A stretch of 64,000 nucleotides of DNA from an uncultured Thermotogae bacterium (GTDB taxonomy: Bacteria > Bipolaricaulota > Bipolaricaulia > UBA7950 > UBA9294): the NCBI GenBank assembly GCA_964552295.1, contig CAZKFV010000121.1, forward strand, positions 2,227 through 66,226, read 5' to 3'. Below are positions 1-9,034 of this stretch, piece by piece. The position numbers and the translations under genes were made by a program. A model generated the notes under the pieces. That model had not been told where the DNA came from, did no database searches, and saw only the letters and a program-made list of their open reading frames with translations. Each line of letters opens with the position of its first letter. Within the stretch, counting starts at the first letter, position 1.

Positions 1-1120
1 TAGGCTGTATAAGGCGCATTTCCTCGACCACATCTAAAATCAGATAACTCAGATCGTTTACAGCATCCCTTCCATCTCGCGTTAACCCACCTGGATCAAC
101 CGTAACAAAATCAGTGTACGTGGCGCTCTCTTCCGCTGTTACCCCAACCTTAGGCGGCGCTGGCTGATTGTGGAATTTGATCCAGAAAGCCTGTAAGAGT
201 TCCTCCGCTTGGTTACGGTCAAGGCTTCCGTCCTTTGTTCCGCCTTCGTAGAAGGGCCAAAGATGTTGGTCAAGCCTGCCTGGACTGAACGCGTCCCACG
301 TATTGAGCTCCAGGGTGACTCCTAAATGAACAAACCAGTAGTATTGGATGGCCTCCCAAAAATCGCGTGGGGCCTGGGATGGAACATGCTCGCATACCTG
401 CGCAATTCTCAGCAACTCTTGTTTTCGCTTGGAATCATTAGTTTTCTGAGCCAGATCACGAGCCTTGTCCGCGTGCCGTTTGGAGTAAGCGATAATCGCA
501 TCAGCAGTGATAGCCATAGCAGTCAGCTCTTCCTTCTTATCGTAGGCCTGAGAGTCTACAAAGAAATCTAGATGCTCCATTGCATCCGCAATCTGATGCT
601 TAAGATCAAGCATTCCAAGGTGATAGATTTTGTCATCCAAGACAGTATGCCCAGGAGCTCGCTGCTCCATGAACTCCGTAAACACCCCAGCAGAGAACGC
701 ATCCTTCCACTCTGGGTTCATTTGAGCAAAGAGCATCTCCCGCACTGAGCGCCCTTTCCAGAATGGAATTATCTCTTCCTCGTATATCCTGCGTGTTTCC
801 GCTGAAACCGCAAAAGATACATTGTCTCGGGAGTTTAGCACTTCCAGGTCTTGCAAGGAGTGGCAGCATAGCTCGGGGAAGGTGGGAACAGCCTTAGGTT
901 CTGGTCCTTTTTCACCAACAATCAACTCCCCCTCGCCAATGTAGATATGTTTCTGTTCTAACATGTACCTGAATGCAAGGGCCCTATTGATGGGGGCAGG
1001 ATACCTGCCTGCTGATTGTTTGTAGAACCTTGTCATAAGCTGTGCCCGCTCAGGCGAGATGTGCGGTTTAGAACTAATACTCTCTTCGCGCAAACGCCTG
1101 ATCCGTTCTGTCATAGCCAT
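1..1120 (-). CDS. Glycyl radical enzyme (PFL2/glycerol-dehydratase-like family), N-terminal ~370 aa; gene runs off the window start
   Basis: Reverse translation from the ATG at 1118-1120 gives MAMTERIRRLREESISSKPHISPERAQLMTRFYKQSAGRYPAPINRALAFRYMLEQKHIYIGEGELIVGEKG..., which is typical of the N-terminus of B12-independent dehydratase/lyase GREs. A strong SD (GGAGGTGA) lies 5 nt upstream. No stop codon occurs before position 1. The gene is absent from the ORF track only because it is open-ended. Confidence 0.75.
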   Translation of the reverse strand, partial: MAMTERIRRLREESISSKPHISPERAQLMTRFYKQSAGRYPAPINRALAFRYMLEQKHIYIGEGELIVGEKGPEPKAVPTFPELCCHSLQDLEVLNSRDNVSFAVSAETRRIYEEEIIPFWKGRSVREMLFAQMNPEWKDAFSAGVFTEFMEQRAPGHTVLDDKIYHLGMLDLKHQIADAMEHLDFFVDSQAYDKKEELTAMAITADAIIAYSKRHADKARDLAQKTNDSKRKQELLRIAQVCEHVPSQAPRDFWEAIQYYWFVHLGVTLELNTWDAFSPGRLDQHLWPFYEGGTKDGSLDRNQAEELLQAFWIKFHNQPAPPKVGVTAEESATYTDFVTVDPGGLTRDGRDAVNDLSYLILDVVEEMRLIQP

Positions 1121-2045
1121 ACCACTCACCTCCAATCATAACTGGTAGCTGAAAACGCCTAAATATGTCAGCAATTTCCTCTAATCTCGATCGAGACGGA
1201 GCTAGGGTTGCCTCCAGATGGTAAGGCATCCCTAATCTAGAGTACTTGTCGCCTCCAGCTCGATGATAGGGCAGAAGATCCACTGGGTAAGAATAATCAA
1301 GCCCTGCCACAAAACGTGCAATTGCATCCATGTTTTCATAAGTGTCGGTGTAACCGGGAATAACTGGTATACGCACAATTACCGGCGACTGTAATACAGC
1401 AAGCTGGTGAAGGTTCTCTAGAATCCGCTCGTTAGAAACCCCTGTGTAAAGGTAGTGCTTCTCATCATCAATTATCTTAAGGTCATAAAGAAATAGATCA
1501 GCCAGCTTGGCCACTTTCTCAATAACCTCCACGGGTGCGTATCCACTAGTATCAATTGTTGTATGAAGCTTATGAGCCTTACACATACCGAGAAGCTCGG
1601 TAAGGAAATCAGGCTGCGCAAGTGGCTCTCCCCCAGACAAGGTAACACCGCCTCCAGATTGGTCGAAGAAAGCAACATCCCTTTCTAACTCAGCCAGAAG
1701 GTTCTTCGCTGTTACTTCACGGCCAACCATCTCCAGCGCATCTGTGGGACAAGAAACGGCACAATCTCCACAGGATGTACATAGACTGCGATCTACAGAG
1801 AGCTCTTTATCGACCAAGCAGATAGCTTTTGTCTCGCATGCGGTTATACAATCGCCACACCCCGTACACCTGGCAGGGCGTACCATTAGTTCAGGATTGA
1901 GTTTCTGCCCTTCTGGATTGTGACACCATTGGCAAGATAGCGGGCATCCTTTAAAGAATGCAGTAGTACGGATACCGGGCCCATCATGCACGGCAAACCT
2001 TTTGACATCGAAGATAACCCCTACGCTCATTTGATCTCGCCTCAT
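1074..2045 (-). CDS. Glycyl-radical enzyme activating protein (radical SAM, with two extra ferredoxin-like 4Fe-4S motifs)
   Basis: The 323-aa product carries the radical-SAM motif CPLSCQWCHNPE and the G-rich SAM site GGEP. It also has two CxxCxxCxxxC ferredoxin motifs (CTGCGDCITAC and CTSCGDCAVSCP), typical of the long PFL2-class activases. It sits directly upstream of the GRE, and its 3' end overlaps the GRE start by 47 nt. Confidence 0.85.
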   Translation of the reverse strand: MRRDQMSVGVIFDVKRFAVHDGPGIRTTAFFKGCPLSCQWCHNPEGQKLNPELMVRPARCTGCGDCITACETKAICLVDKELSVDRSLCTSCGDCAVSCPTDALEMVGREVTAKNLLAELERDVAFFDQSGGGVTLSGGEPLAQPDFLTELLGMCKAHKLHTTIDTSGYAPVEVIEKVAKLADLFLYDLKIIDDEKHYLYTGVSNERILENLHQLAVLQSPVIVRIPVIPGYTDTYENMDAIARFVAGLDYSYPVDLLPYHRAGGDKYSRLGMPYHLEATLAPSRSRLEEIADIFRRFQLPVMIGGEWYGYDRTDQAFARREY

Positions 2046-2981
2046 GACCCAGAAACTTAACCATTATTACCTAATTATACTTCACTTTCAATCCTTCTCA
2101 GACATTCACGGTCCAGACCGTTTTCAAGATGTTTATAATATGGATTGATAGAACCTTTTTTGGGCTTCCGTTTGTGACAACCGTAGAATCACACTGTGGA
2201 TCTTAATCCCGCACGCAGTCAGGGCTAGGCGGAATCAACGGTCATTGCAGTCGGGTACTTGCTGTCAGCGGGCCGGGTAGCATCCCCATCCAGCATCAGG
2301 TACCCATCATTTCTGTAAAACAAACGTAACATCTAAATCCAACTGGTACACATAAACTACAGGCAAGAGCCAACCTACTGGTTACGTAGAGGCCGATGAG
2401 TAAATGAGTTTTCCATCTTTGGTGGACAGTGTATGTTTCAATAAGCGCATTGTACATGTATAATCCCTACACTACAGGTTACGGAACTCTTGTTTGGCTA
2501 ACATTGATTAACTTGCCAACCTCTTCTGGTTCAGATATCGAAACCATCTTGGCGTCACAGTTTTTTCCTAGCTCGGCGGTGATTCATACCTGATCGATCA
2601 GTCGCGTCGATCTACGTCCCACAAACCTTCGCTGAACTCAAACACCGCTGATTGTACTTGCACTCTATTGGCTCCCTTCACGCAATCTAGCAGTACTTCA
2701 ATCCTGCTGTGTCCCCTTGATAGACCTCGTACCCGCCACCTGTGCGTACCAGGCCTGGCATCTGCCAATATCTCCGCTCTAAGCAAAACGGGTGCTTCTC
2801 ATATTGTAGTCTACCTAGCTTTTCCCTCAAGGAGTACAAAAAGAATTACACAAATACCTCAAGGCAAAGCTTATATAATGACGCCACAGCTACGGTGCTG
2901 CCATTCAAATAAGGCTGATAACTACACTGATAAGGACTAAGTCACAGAATAGTCCTCTGACTCAGGAAGAAAATCCTCACA

Positions 2982-3263
2982 TTAATCCTCTATTGTTATC
3001 GCTCCTTCTGGACACGAGGTTTCGCATACTCGGCACTCTATACAACCTTCCATTTCATTAGAGATGATCAAATTGGCTTCTCCGTGACCCTTCTGCTCTA
3101 CCTCGTTATGAAACTTGTCCACCGCTTCTTTGTTATCCACCTCCGAATCTATAGCTTTGCACCAGGTTCCATTGCTGCTCATCTCCAGGATGTCAACTGG
3201 ACATGCATCCACGCATTCGCCTTCACCTTTGCACTTACTGTAATCAAAAACCACCTTCGCCAT
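2982..3263 (-). CDS. Ferredoxin (2-cluster, P. furiosus-like, with an acidic residue in the first motif)
   Basis: The 93-aa product has the motifs CKGEGECVDACP (CxxExxCxxxCP, Glu where the second Cys usually sits) and CIECRVCETSCP (CxxCxxCxxxCP). A ~30-aa insertion separates the two motifs. Confidence 0.75.
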   Translation of the reverse strand: MAKVVFDYSKCKGEGECVDACPVDILEMSSNGTWCKAIDSEVDNKEAVDKFHNEVEQKGHGEANLIISNEMEGCIECRVCETSCPEGAITIED

Positions 3264-3674
3264 TATCGTTTCCTCCTTTTGTTGTATCCGCTGCCATGTT
3301 AACCTGTTTTTTAGCTTACTGCCAAGTCTAGCCCATTAAATATCTAAAAAGTAAGTTATGCCACAAGAAGTATTCCGTCTGACCATTGCTATTTTGCATA
3401 GCCGCATTTTCAAAGCTCACAGAGATCTGGCTGCTTGGGCCCATTTTCTAAGCATGCTGCAAGGCGGAAGACAAGTCACGAAACCAGATGCCACTGCCTT
3501 ACCAGAGAGAATCGCGGTTAGAAGACTTCACAGGAAGTGATCGAGATGAGAGTTAATGAATCAAGACTGATTTGGGTTTATTGTAGCTTTAAAAAAACAC
3601 TTACACAACTGCCGCTCACCAACACCGCGATAGCTCTATGAGTTAGATAGATTAAGAAACCCAAGATATTTAAG

Positions 3675-4802
3675 CTATTCCTTATCCTTGCCCCACGGGC
3701 GCGATTTCTCATCTCGTGCCTTCCGGCTACGTCGCAGGTACGTTGGGATATCGAAGTCATCGAGGCCGCGAAGTTTCTCATTTTGCATCTTAGCAAGCAT
3801 CGTCTCATTTCCCAAAGGCGATCCTTCTTCTTCTTCTCCCGGACGAAGCACAGCGAAACCAGTAGCAATAACAGTAAGCCTTACTTTTTCCATCCCGTCA
3901 CGAATTGCTGTCCCAAATATGATATCGGCGCGATCAGACACAGCTTCACGGATCAGAGAGGCTGCCTCCGTAACCTCCTCCAACGTAAGATCGTTGCCCC
4001 CGGTGATGTTCATTATCACTTTTCGCGCACCCTTAATTGAAGCGTCCAAAAGAGGCGATAAAATGGCTTTCCTTGCAGCTTCTTTCGTTTTTCCCTCGCC
4101 TTCGCCTTCGCCTATCCCCATCATTGCAGTACCAGCGCCACGTATTACGCTTTCTATATCTGCAAAATCCAGATTGATCATGCCTGGCACCGTTATCAAA
4201 TCAGATATCCCTTCTACCCCTTGGCGCAGAACCTCATCCGCCATCTCAAAAGCACCAGTTATCGGCATGTCATTTGGGGCTACTTTTAGTAGCTTATCGT
4301 TGGAGATAGTTATCAGAGCATCAACTTCCTGAGACAAACGGGCAATTCCAGCCTCTGCCTTTTCAGCCCGAGCTAGCCCCTCAAATGAAAATGGCCTTGT
4401 CACAATCGCTGCAGTAAGAATGTTGGCTTGCTTGGCTACGGACGCAATGACAGGAGCTGCTCCGGTTCCTGTCCCCCCTCCCATCCCGCAGGTAATGAAT
4501 ACCATATCTACATCGGTGAGCAGGTCCGCGATCTCCTCGTGACTTTCCTCCGCCGCAAGCCTTCCAATTTCTGGATTTCCGCCTGCACCTAGACCGCTGG
4601 TTAGCTTACGGCCAATTTGAAGCGTGCGATTTGCCTTTACAACCTCGAGCACTTGCGCATCAGTGTTTACAACGACAAATTCTACATCACTGACACGATC
4701 GCCAACAAACATTCGATCGACGGCATTTCCACCTCCGCCGCCAACCCCAACAACCATTAGTCTTGCCGGAGGTGTAAGGAACTTATCTTCTGCCATTGCC
4801 AT
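3675..4802 (-). CDS. ftsZ: Cell division GTPase FtsZ
   Basis: Contains the tubulin signature GGGTGTG and the FtsZ N-terminus VGVGGGGGNAVDRM. It has a C-terminal variable linker and a conserved tail (DIPTYLRR). Confidence 0.95.
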   Translation of the reverse strand: MAMAEDKFLTPPARLMVVGVGGGGGNAVDRMFVGDRVSDVEFVVVNTDAQVLEVVKANRTLQIGRKLTSGLGAGGNPEIGRLAAEESHEEIADLLTDVDMVFITCGMGGGTGTGAAPVIASVAKQANILTAAIVTRPFSFEGLARAEKAEAGIARLSQEVDALITISNDKLLKVAPNDMPITGAFEMADEVLRQGVEGISDLITVPGMINLDFADIESVIRGAGTAMMGIGEGEGEGKTKEAARKAILSPLLDASIKGARKVIMNITGGNDLTLEEVTEAASLIREAVSDRADIIFGTAIRDGMEKVRLTVIATGFAVLRPGEEEEGSPLGNETMLAKMQNEKLRGLDDFDIPTYLRRSRKARDEKSRPWGKDKE

Positions 4803-4807
4803 TTCTC

Positions 4808-6040
4808 CTAACCCCGGAAGAAGCGGTTGAACCAGTAAAAAAGCTTATTAATCAAAGACGGCTTTTTTCTCTCATATTTCCTCTTAGAAAAGTCCTTTGC
4901 TTCCACAGCGTAGCGCAAGAGACCAATCGAGGTCGCGTAAATTGGGGACTCAACAATGTCTCGCAAGCCATGGATCCCCTGTGGTATTTTTCCACGCCGT
5001 ACAGGAATCCCGTACCGCTGCTGCGCAAACTCAGCTATCCCATCCAAGAGAGAAGTTCCCCCAGTGAGGACAAGCCCTGCTGGGACTAAGTCACGGTATC
5101 CAGCGTCCTCAACTTCTTGCATCGCCAGATCAAGAAGTTCCTCAACGCGCGGTTCTATTATCTTGGCAAGTTTTTTCTTAGAAACTGTTTTCTTCTCATC
5201 TCCGCCAATGGTGGCCACTTCAATTTTCTCATCCTCACCAACGCCTTCAACCAAAGCTGTTCCAGCCTGCTTCTTTATGAGTTCGGCCTCTTCAATTGGA
5301 GTCTGCAAACCCACTGTAATATCGTTTGTAATATGTTCCCCAGCAATAGGGATAACCTTTGAGAACCAAATATCCCCACCCCGAAAGACACTAATATCAG
5401 TTGTTCCGCCACCAATATCAAGCAGAATGACCCCAAGCTCCTTTTCGGCTGATGAAAGCACAGCAAGGGACGAGGCGATCGGTTCTAACACGATCTGCTT
5501 TATTCCTACGCCAAGCGACTCAACACAACGCACTAGATTATGCACAGCTGTAATAGCTCCGGTAACAATATGAACATCAACTTCCAGTCTCGTGCCAGTC
5601 ATCCCAACAGGATCGGTTATCCCGTCCTGTCCATCCACAATATATTGGCGTGGAATTACATGTATCATCTCACTAGCCGGTGGTAACTGGATCGCTTGTG
5701 CTGTTTCCACAACCCGATTGATGTCTTCCTCCATGATTATCCGATCAGGGCGGTTAATCGAGACAGTGCCGCTATTGTTAATTGAGCTGATGTGCTTACC
5801 GGCAATGCCCACGTAGACAGTGTCTATTTTGACATCGGCCATATTCTCCGCCTCTTCAATTGCCTTCCTTATGGAAGAGATCGTGCGGCCGATATCAACA
5901 ACCACTCCCTTTTCCAGCCCGTGCGATTCCGCCTTGCCCATGCCGATTATTTCTATCATTCCATCGGCCACATTGCCGACCAGGGCAACGACTTTAGTTG
6001 TGCCAACATCAAGGCCGACTACGACTCTTTCCTTGGTCAT
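4808..6040 (-). CDS. ftsA: Cell division protein FtsA (actin-like ATPase)
   Basis: The 410-aa product starts with the N-terminal phosphate-1 motif VVGLDVGTTKV and has actin-fold motifs (DIGGGTTD). It lies directly upstream of ftsZ. Confidence 0.92.
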   Translation of the reverse strand: MTKERVVVGLDVGTTKVVALVGNVADGMIEIIGMGKAESHGLEKGVVVDIGRTISSIRKAIEEAENMADVKIDTVYVGIAGKHISSINNSGTVSINRPDRIIMEEDINRVVETAQAIQLPPASEMIHVIPRQYIVDGQDGITDPVGMTGTRLEVDVHIVTGAITAVHNLVRCVESLGVGIKQIVLEPIASSLAVLSSAEKELGVILLDIGGGTTDISVFRGGDIWFSKVIPIAGEHITNDITVGLQTPIEEAELIKKQAGTALVEGVGEDEKIEVATIGGDEKKTVSKKKLAKIIEPRVEELLDLAMQEVEDAGYRDLVPAGLVLTGGTSLLDGIAEFAQQRYGIPVRRGKIPQGIHGLRDIVESPIYATSIGLLRYAVEAKDFSKRKYERKKPSLINKLFYWFNRFFRG

Positions 6041-6780
6041 CTGTTCACCACCTTACGGGGCACTAGTATCGCCTCACCCCCAAATCTTAGATCTATTATT
6101 CGATAGCTCTCGAGTTTGACCGTATTCAGAAGCGCCTCTAACTCATCAATCCGATCCTCAATCTGACTCAGTGAACCGAGAATTATCTCTCCCTCATCAT
6201 TCGTGTACATCCTAACTGCGCTAGGATCAGAGAAATCAATGCTTGCAAAAACCTCACTGCCAAGGTCCCTAGCACGTAGGTAATCAAGTACATGAACTAT
6301 ATCTAAATCGATAACTCTCCTGCCCAAGGCGCCCTCAGAAACACCTACTCCGTTTAACCGAACTAATTCTGAGCCAACTTCCTTGGTATATCCAACAATC
6401 ACCCCATCTTCCCCAACAACCATTGCTTGACTTGAATTGTTGCGATCAACAACAAGCGCTACGGGGGCCCTTTCTTGGACGGTAATCTCAAGAGTATGGG
6501 GGTACAATCTTCGAAAAGTTACATCCATTATCCAAGGAAGTTGTACTAGGGAAGTCCTTGCGTCTATAAGCGGAGCACGCAACAGGTTAACACCCTCCTT
6601 AATACCAGAACTATCTCTAATCTGCTCGACAGATGTATAGTAATTGCCTTTTACTACAATTCGATGCAGATCAAAAATGTTTACCCAGGGAGTATACAGG
6701 GCGATGATGGCAGCAGCGATAAGAATCCCCCCTATTACGGCAGCCCAATGAACAACATTTCTCGGTTTCCCCTCGTTCAC
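6037..6780 (-). CDS. ftsQ: Cell division protein FtsQ/DivIB (POTRA domain)
   Basis: The 247-aa product has a single N-terminal TM helix followed by a POTRA-like region (RIVVKGNYYTSVEQI). It overlaps ftsA and murB by 4 nt at each end. Confidence 0.75.
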   Translation of the reverse strand: MNEGKPRNVVHWAAVIGGILIAAAIIALYTPWVNIFDLHRIVVKGNYYTSVEQIRDSSGIKEGVNLLRAPLIDARTSLVQLPWIMDVTFRRLYPHTLEITVQERAPVALVVDRNNSSQAMVVGEDGVIVGYTKEVGSELVRLNGVGVSEGALGRRVIDLDIVHVLDYLRARDLGSEVFASIDFSDPSAVRMYTNDEGEIILGSLSQIEDRIDELEALLNTVKLESYRIIDLRFGGEAILVPRKVVNR

Positions 6781-7715
6781 CCGTCAACGACCTCAATCTC
6801 CAATTCAAGCAAGATATGAAAACTCTTATACACCTTTTGGCGCACAATGTCAATTATTTTGCTAATCTCAGCCGCGCTTGCTCCCCCCATGTTGATAAGA
6901 AAATTGGCGTGTATGTCAGACACCTTGACCATTCCAACTTGAAATCCCTTCAAACCAGCACGCTCAATAAGGTTACCAGCGGAGTGCCCAACTGGATTCT
7001 TGAAGACACAGCCGGCGCTGGAAAAGGAGATTGGCTGCGTAGCCGCACGTCGAGCCAAGATCTCGTGGCCATCAAATTGCTTTCCAGAGAGGGAAAGCCA
7101 GGCTCCCAAGACAGGAATGCGTTCCTTGAGTATCGAAGTACTGCGATACGAGAACCCACAATCATCTTTTCCAATAGAGCTTATATTCCCATTGGCTGAC
7201 AGAACCTTTACTCGCTTTACTACATTTTGGATTGAGTTTTCAGAGATGCCCGCATTCATCACCAGGGCGCCGCCCAGAGTTCCAGGAATACCGGCAAGAA
7301 AATCAAGTGAGCTACACCCAATTGTGTGCGTGATAGATATCAGTTTTGCAAGTGGAGCTCCACAATCAGAGAACACGTATTCATCATGCAGTCTAACCCT
7401 ATCCATTCTCACAGTAGAAATCACAAGGCCAGCAAAACCTTTGTCAGAAAAGAGTAAATTGGAACCGTTTCCAATGATGATATAAGGTACATCGTACTTA
7501 TGACTGTATTTAACCGCCCGAACCAGAGAAAGACTGCTTTCAGGAAGAAAGAAAAGGTCAGTAGAACCGCCTATTTTTATTGTAGTATGATTATGTAAAG
7601 GCTCGTCAGTCCTTACCTCGCCTGATAGACGCTTAAGGTTTGCCAGTAAAGCATCTAAATTGTGCAGAAACTCCCTTCCTCGAGAAAACGAGACAGACTT
7701 GTGGTTACCGTCCAT
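6777..7715 (-). CDS. murB: UDP-N-acetylenolpyruvoylglucosamine reductase MurB
   Basis: Contains the FAD-binding N-terminus EPLHNHTTIKIGGSTDLFF and the motif RSTSILKER...SAGCVFKNP. The ATG start at 7713-7715 was verified in the sequence. The gene overlaps the murC 3' end by 61 nt. Confidence 0.85.
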   Translation of the reverse strand: MDGNHKSVSFSRGREFLHNLDALLANLKRLSGEVRTDEPLHNHTTIKIGGSTDLFFLPESSLSLVRAVKYSHKYDVPYIIIGNGSNLLFSDKGFAGLVISTVRMDRVRLHDEYVFSDCGAPLAKLISITHTIGCSSLDFLAGIPGTLGGALVMNAGISENSIQNVVKRVKVLSANGNISSIGKDDCGFSYRSTSILKERIPVLGAWLSLSGKQFDGHEILARRAATQPISFSSAGCVFKNPVGHSAGNLIERAGLKGFQVGMVKVSDIHANFLINMGGASAAEISKIIDIVRQKVYKSFHILLELEIEVVDG

Positions 7716-9034
7716 ATATCACCCGCTCCGAAGCTTATGATGAAATCGCCTGGTTCTATATATCGCTTAAGGAAGGAAAGAACCTCTTTCTTATTCTCTA
7801 TAAGGAGCGGAACTTTGCCAGTTTTCTCTGTTATCGAGTCTACTACTGCTTGTGAGGAAACCCCTGGAATAGGTAGTTCATGAGCAGGATAGATGGGTGT
7901 TACAATCACGGTATCTGCTAACTGGAATGCGGTTCCAAATTCCCTCCCGATTTCCCGAGTACGGCTGTATCGGTGAGGCTGAAAAACAGCGACAATTCTA
8001 CGGTTAGACCAACCAGAGCGAATCGCCTGCAGGGTAACCTCAATTTCCTCTGGCAAGTGAGCGTAATCATCCACAACGGTTACGCCGTTTTCTTCTAGAA
8101 GCTGAAAGCGCCTTTTGGGAAGCCGAAAATCGGCTAGAGCATTCGCGGCTTCCTTCAACGGAACCCCGGCAAGGAAAGCCGCCCCAATTGCACACAATGA
8201 GTTTCTAACGTTATGATCGCCAGGTGCCGGTAGAAACACCTTTGTCACATTCCTTCCCCGGAACATAAGATCAAAGGTGGTATGGAAATGGTAATGCGAA
8301 ACATTTACAGCCCGCAGTTCAGCATACTGGTATGTACCAACCGTCAAGGCAGTGGGAATCTCAGAAGCAAGTAAGCGCACCGCAACATCATCTATAGCCA
8401 GTACCGACTTCTCCGCCTGCATGACGTATTGCCTGAAGCTCTCCTTGATCGATTCTAGAGAATGGTAAGTACCCAAGTGGTCACGCCCGATGTTATTGAG
8501 CACAGCAATGGTTGGCCTAATGGCAAGGAAAAGGCCATCACTTTCATCAACCTCGCTGATAAAGACCTCACCTGATCCAAGGTGTGAGTTTCCTCCCAAT
8601 CCAGGACAGTGCGCGCCAATCAGGTAGCTGGGATCTTTGCCTGTATCGCGCATGATGGTAGCTGTCATTGCCGTAGTAGTTGTCTTGCCATGTGTGCCCG
8701 CAACGCCTACGCTTGTGTACCCATCGAGAACATGGGCGAGTGCATGTAGACGGTGCACCACCGGGAGCCGCAGCTTAAGAGCTGTCTGTACCTCAATGTT
8801 CTCAGAGGGTATCGCAGATGAAACGATTACTTCATCCACTTTTTCGTCTACAAGCGAGGCATCATGTCCGATATGGATCGCTGCCCCAAACCGTTCTAGG
8901 CTATCTGTCTCCTCGTTTCCATGCAGATCAGACCCCGATACATGACTGCCGGCCGCAAGCATCACCGCGGCAAGTCCACTCATACCCGCACCAGATATTC
9001 CGACGAAGTGGTAACGCTTGCTAACGCCAATCAC
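7655..9034 (-). CDS. murC: UDP-N-acetylmuramate--L-alanine ligase MurC
   Basis: Has the typical MurC N-terminus FVGISGAGMSGLAAVML, the Mur ligase P-loop GTHGKTTTTAM and a DDYAH motif. Confidence 0.9.
   Translation of the reverse strand: MIGVSKRYHFVGISGAGMSGLAAVMLAAGSHVSGSDLHGNEETDSLERFGAAIHIGHDASLVDEKVDEVIVSSAIPSENIEVQTALKLRLPVVHRLHALAHVLDGYTSVGVAGTHGKTTTTAMTATIMRDTGKDPSYLIGAHCPGLGGNSHLGSGEVFISEVDESDGLFLAIRPTIAVLNNIGRDHLGTYHSLESIKESFRQYVMQAEKSVLAIDDVAVRLLASEIPTALTVGTYQYAELRAVNVSHYHFHTTFDLMFRGRNVTKVFLPAPGDHNVRNSLCAIGAAFLAGVPLKEAANALADFRLPKRRFQLLEENGVTVVDDYAHLPEEIEVTLQAIRSGWSNRRIVAVFQPHRYSRTREIGREFGTAFQLADTVIVTPIYPAHELPIPGVSSQAVVDSITEKTGKVPLLIENKKEVLSFLKRYIEPGDFIISFGAGDIWTVTTSLSRFLEEGSFCTI

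Noticed and set aside
1074-1120. The 47-nt overlap between the activase 3' end and the GRE start was considered as evidence of a frameshifted or fused pseudogene.
   Set aside because: Both frames give family-typical sequence up to their own stop or start. The GRE has its own strong SD (GGAGGTGA) correctly spaced from its ATG. Out-of-frame overlaps like this are common in this window.
2668-2940. A 90-aa plus-strand ORF and a 62-aa minus-strand ORF (2598..2786) inside the 0.94 kb gap upstream of the GRE activase.
   Set aside because: Neither has an RBS or protein-like composition, and the two overlap each other. I treated the region as non-coding regulatory or leader sequence (see the finding at 2046..2981).
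3688-4332. A 214-aa plus-strand ORF antisense to ftsZ. Similar long antisense ORFs occur inside ftsA (4956..5573), the malic enzyme (25147..25944), korA (29291..29965), the S8 protease (56265..56861) and groEL (59932..60426, 60436..60780).
   Set aside because: These are shadow ORFs on the opposite strand of well-supported conserved genes. Their translations are Ser/Pro/Arg/Ala-rich and low-complexity with no family resemblance, and each has a plausible start only by chance.
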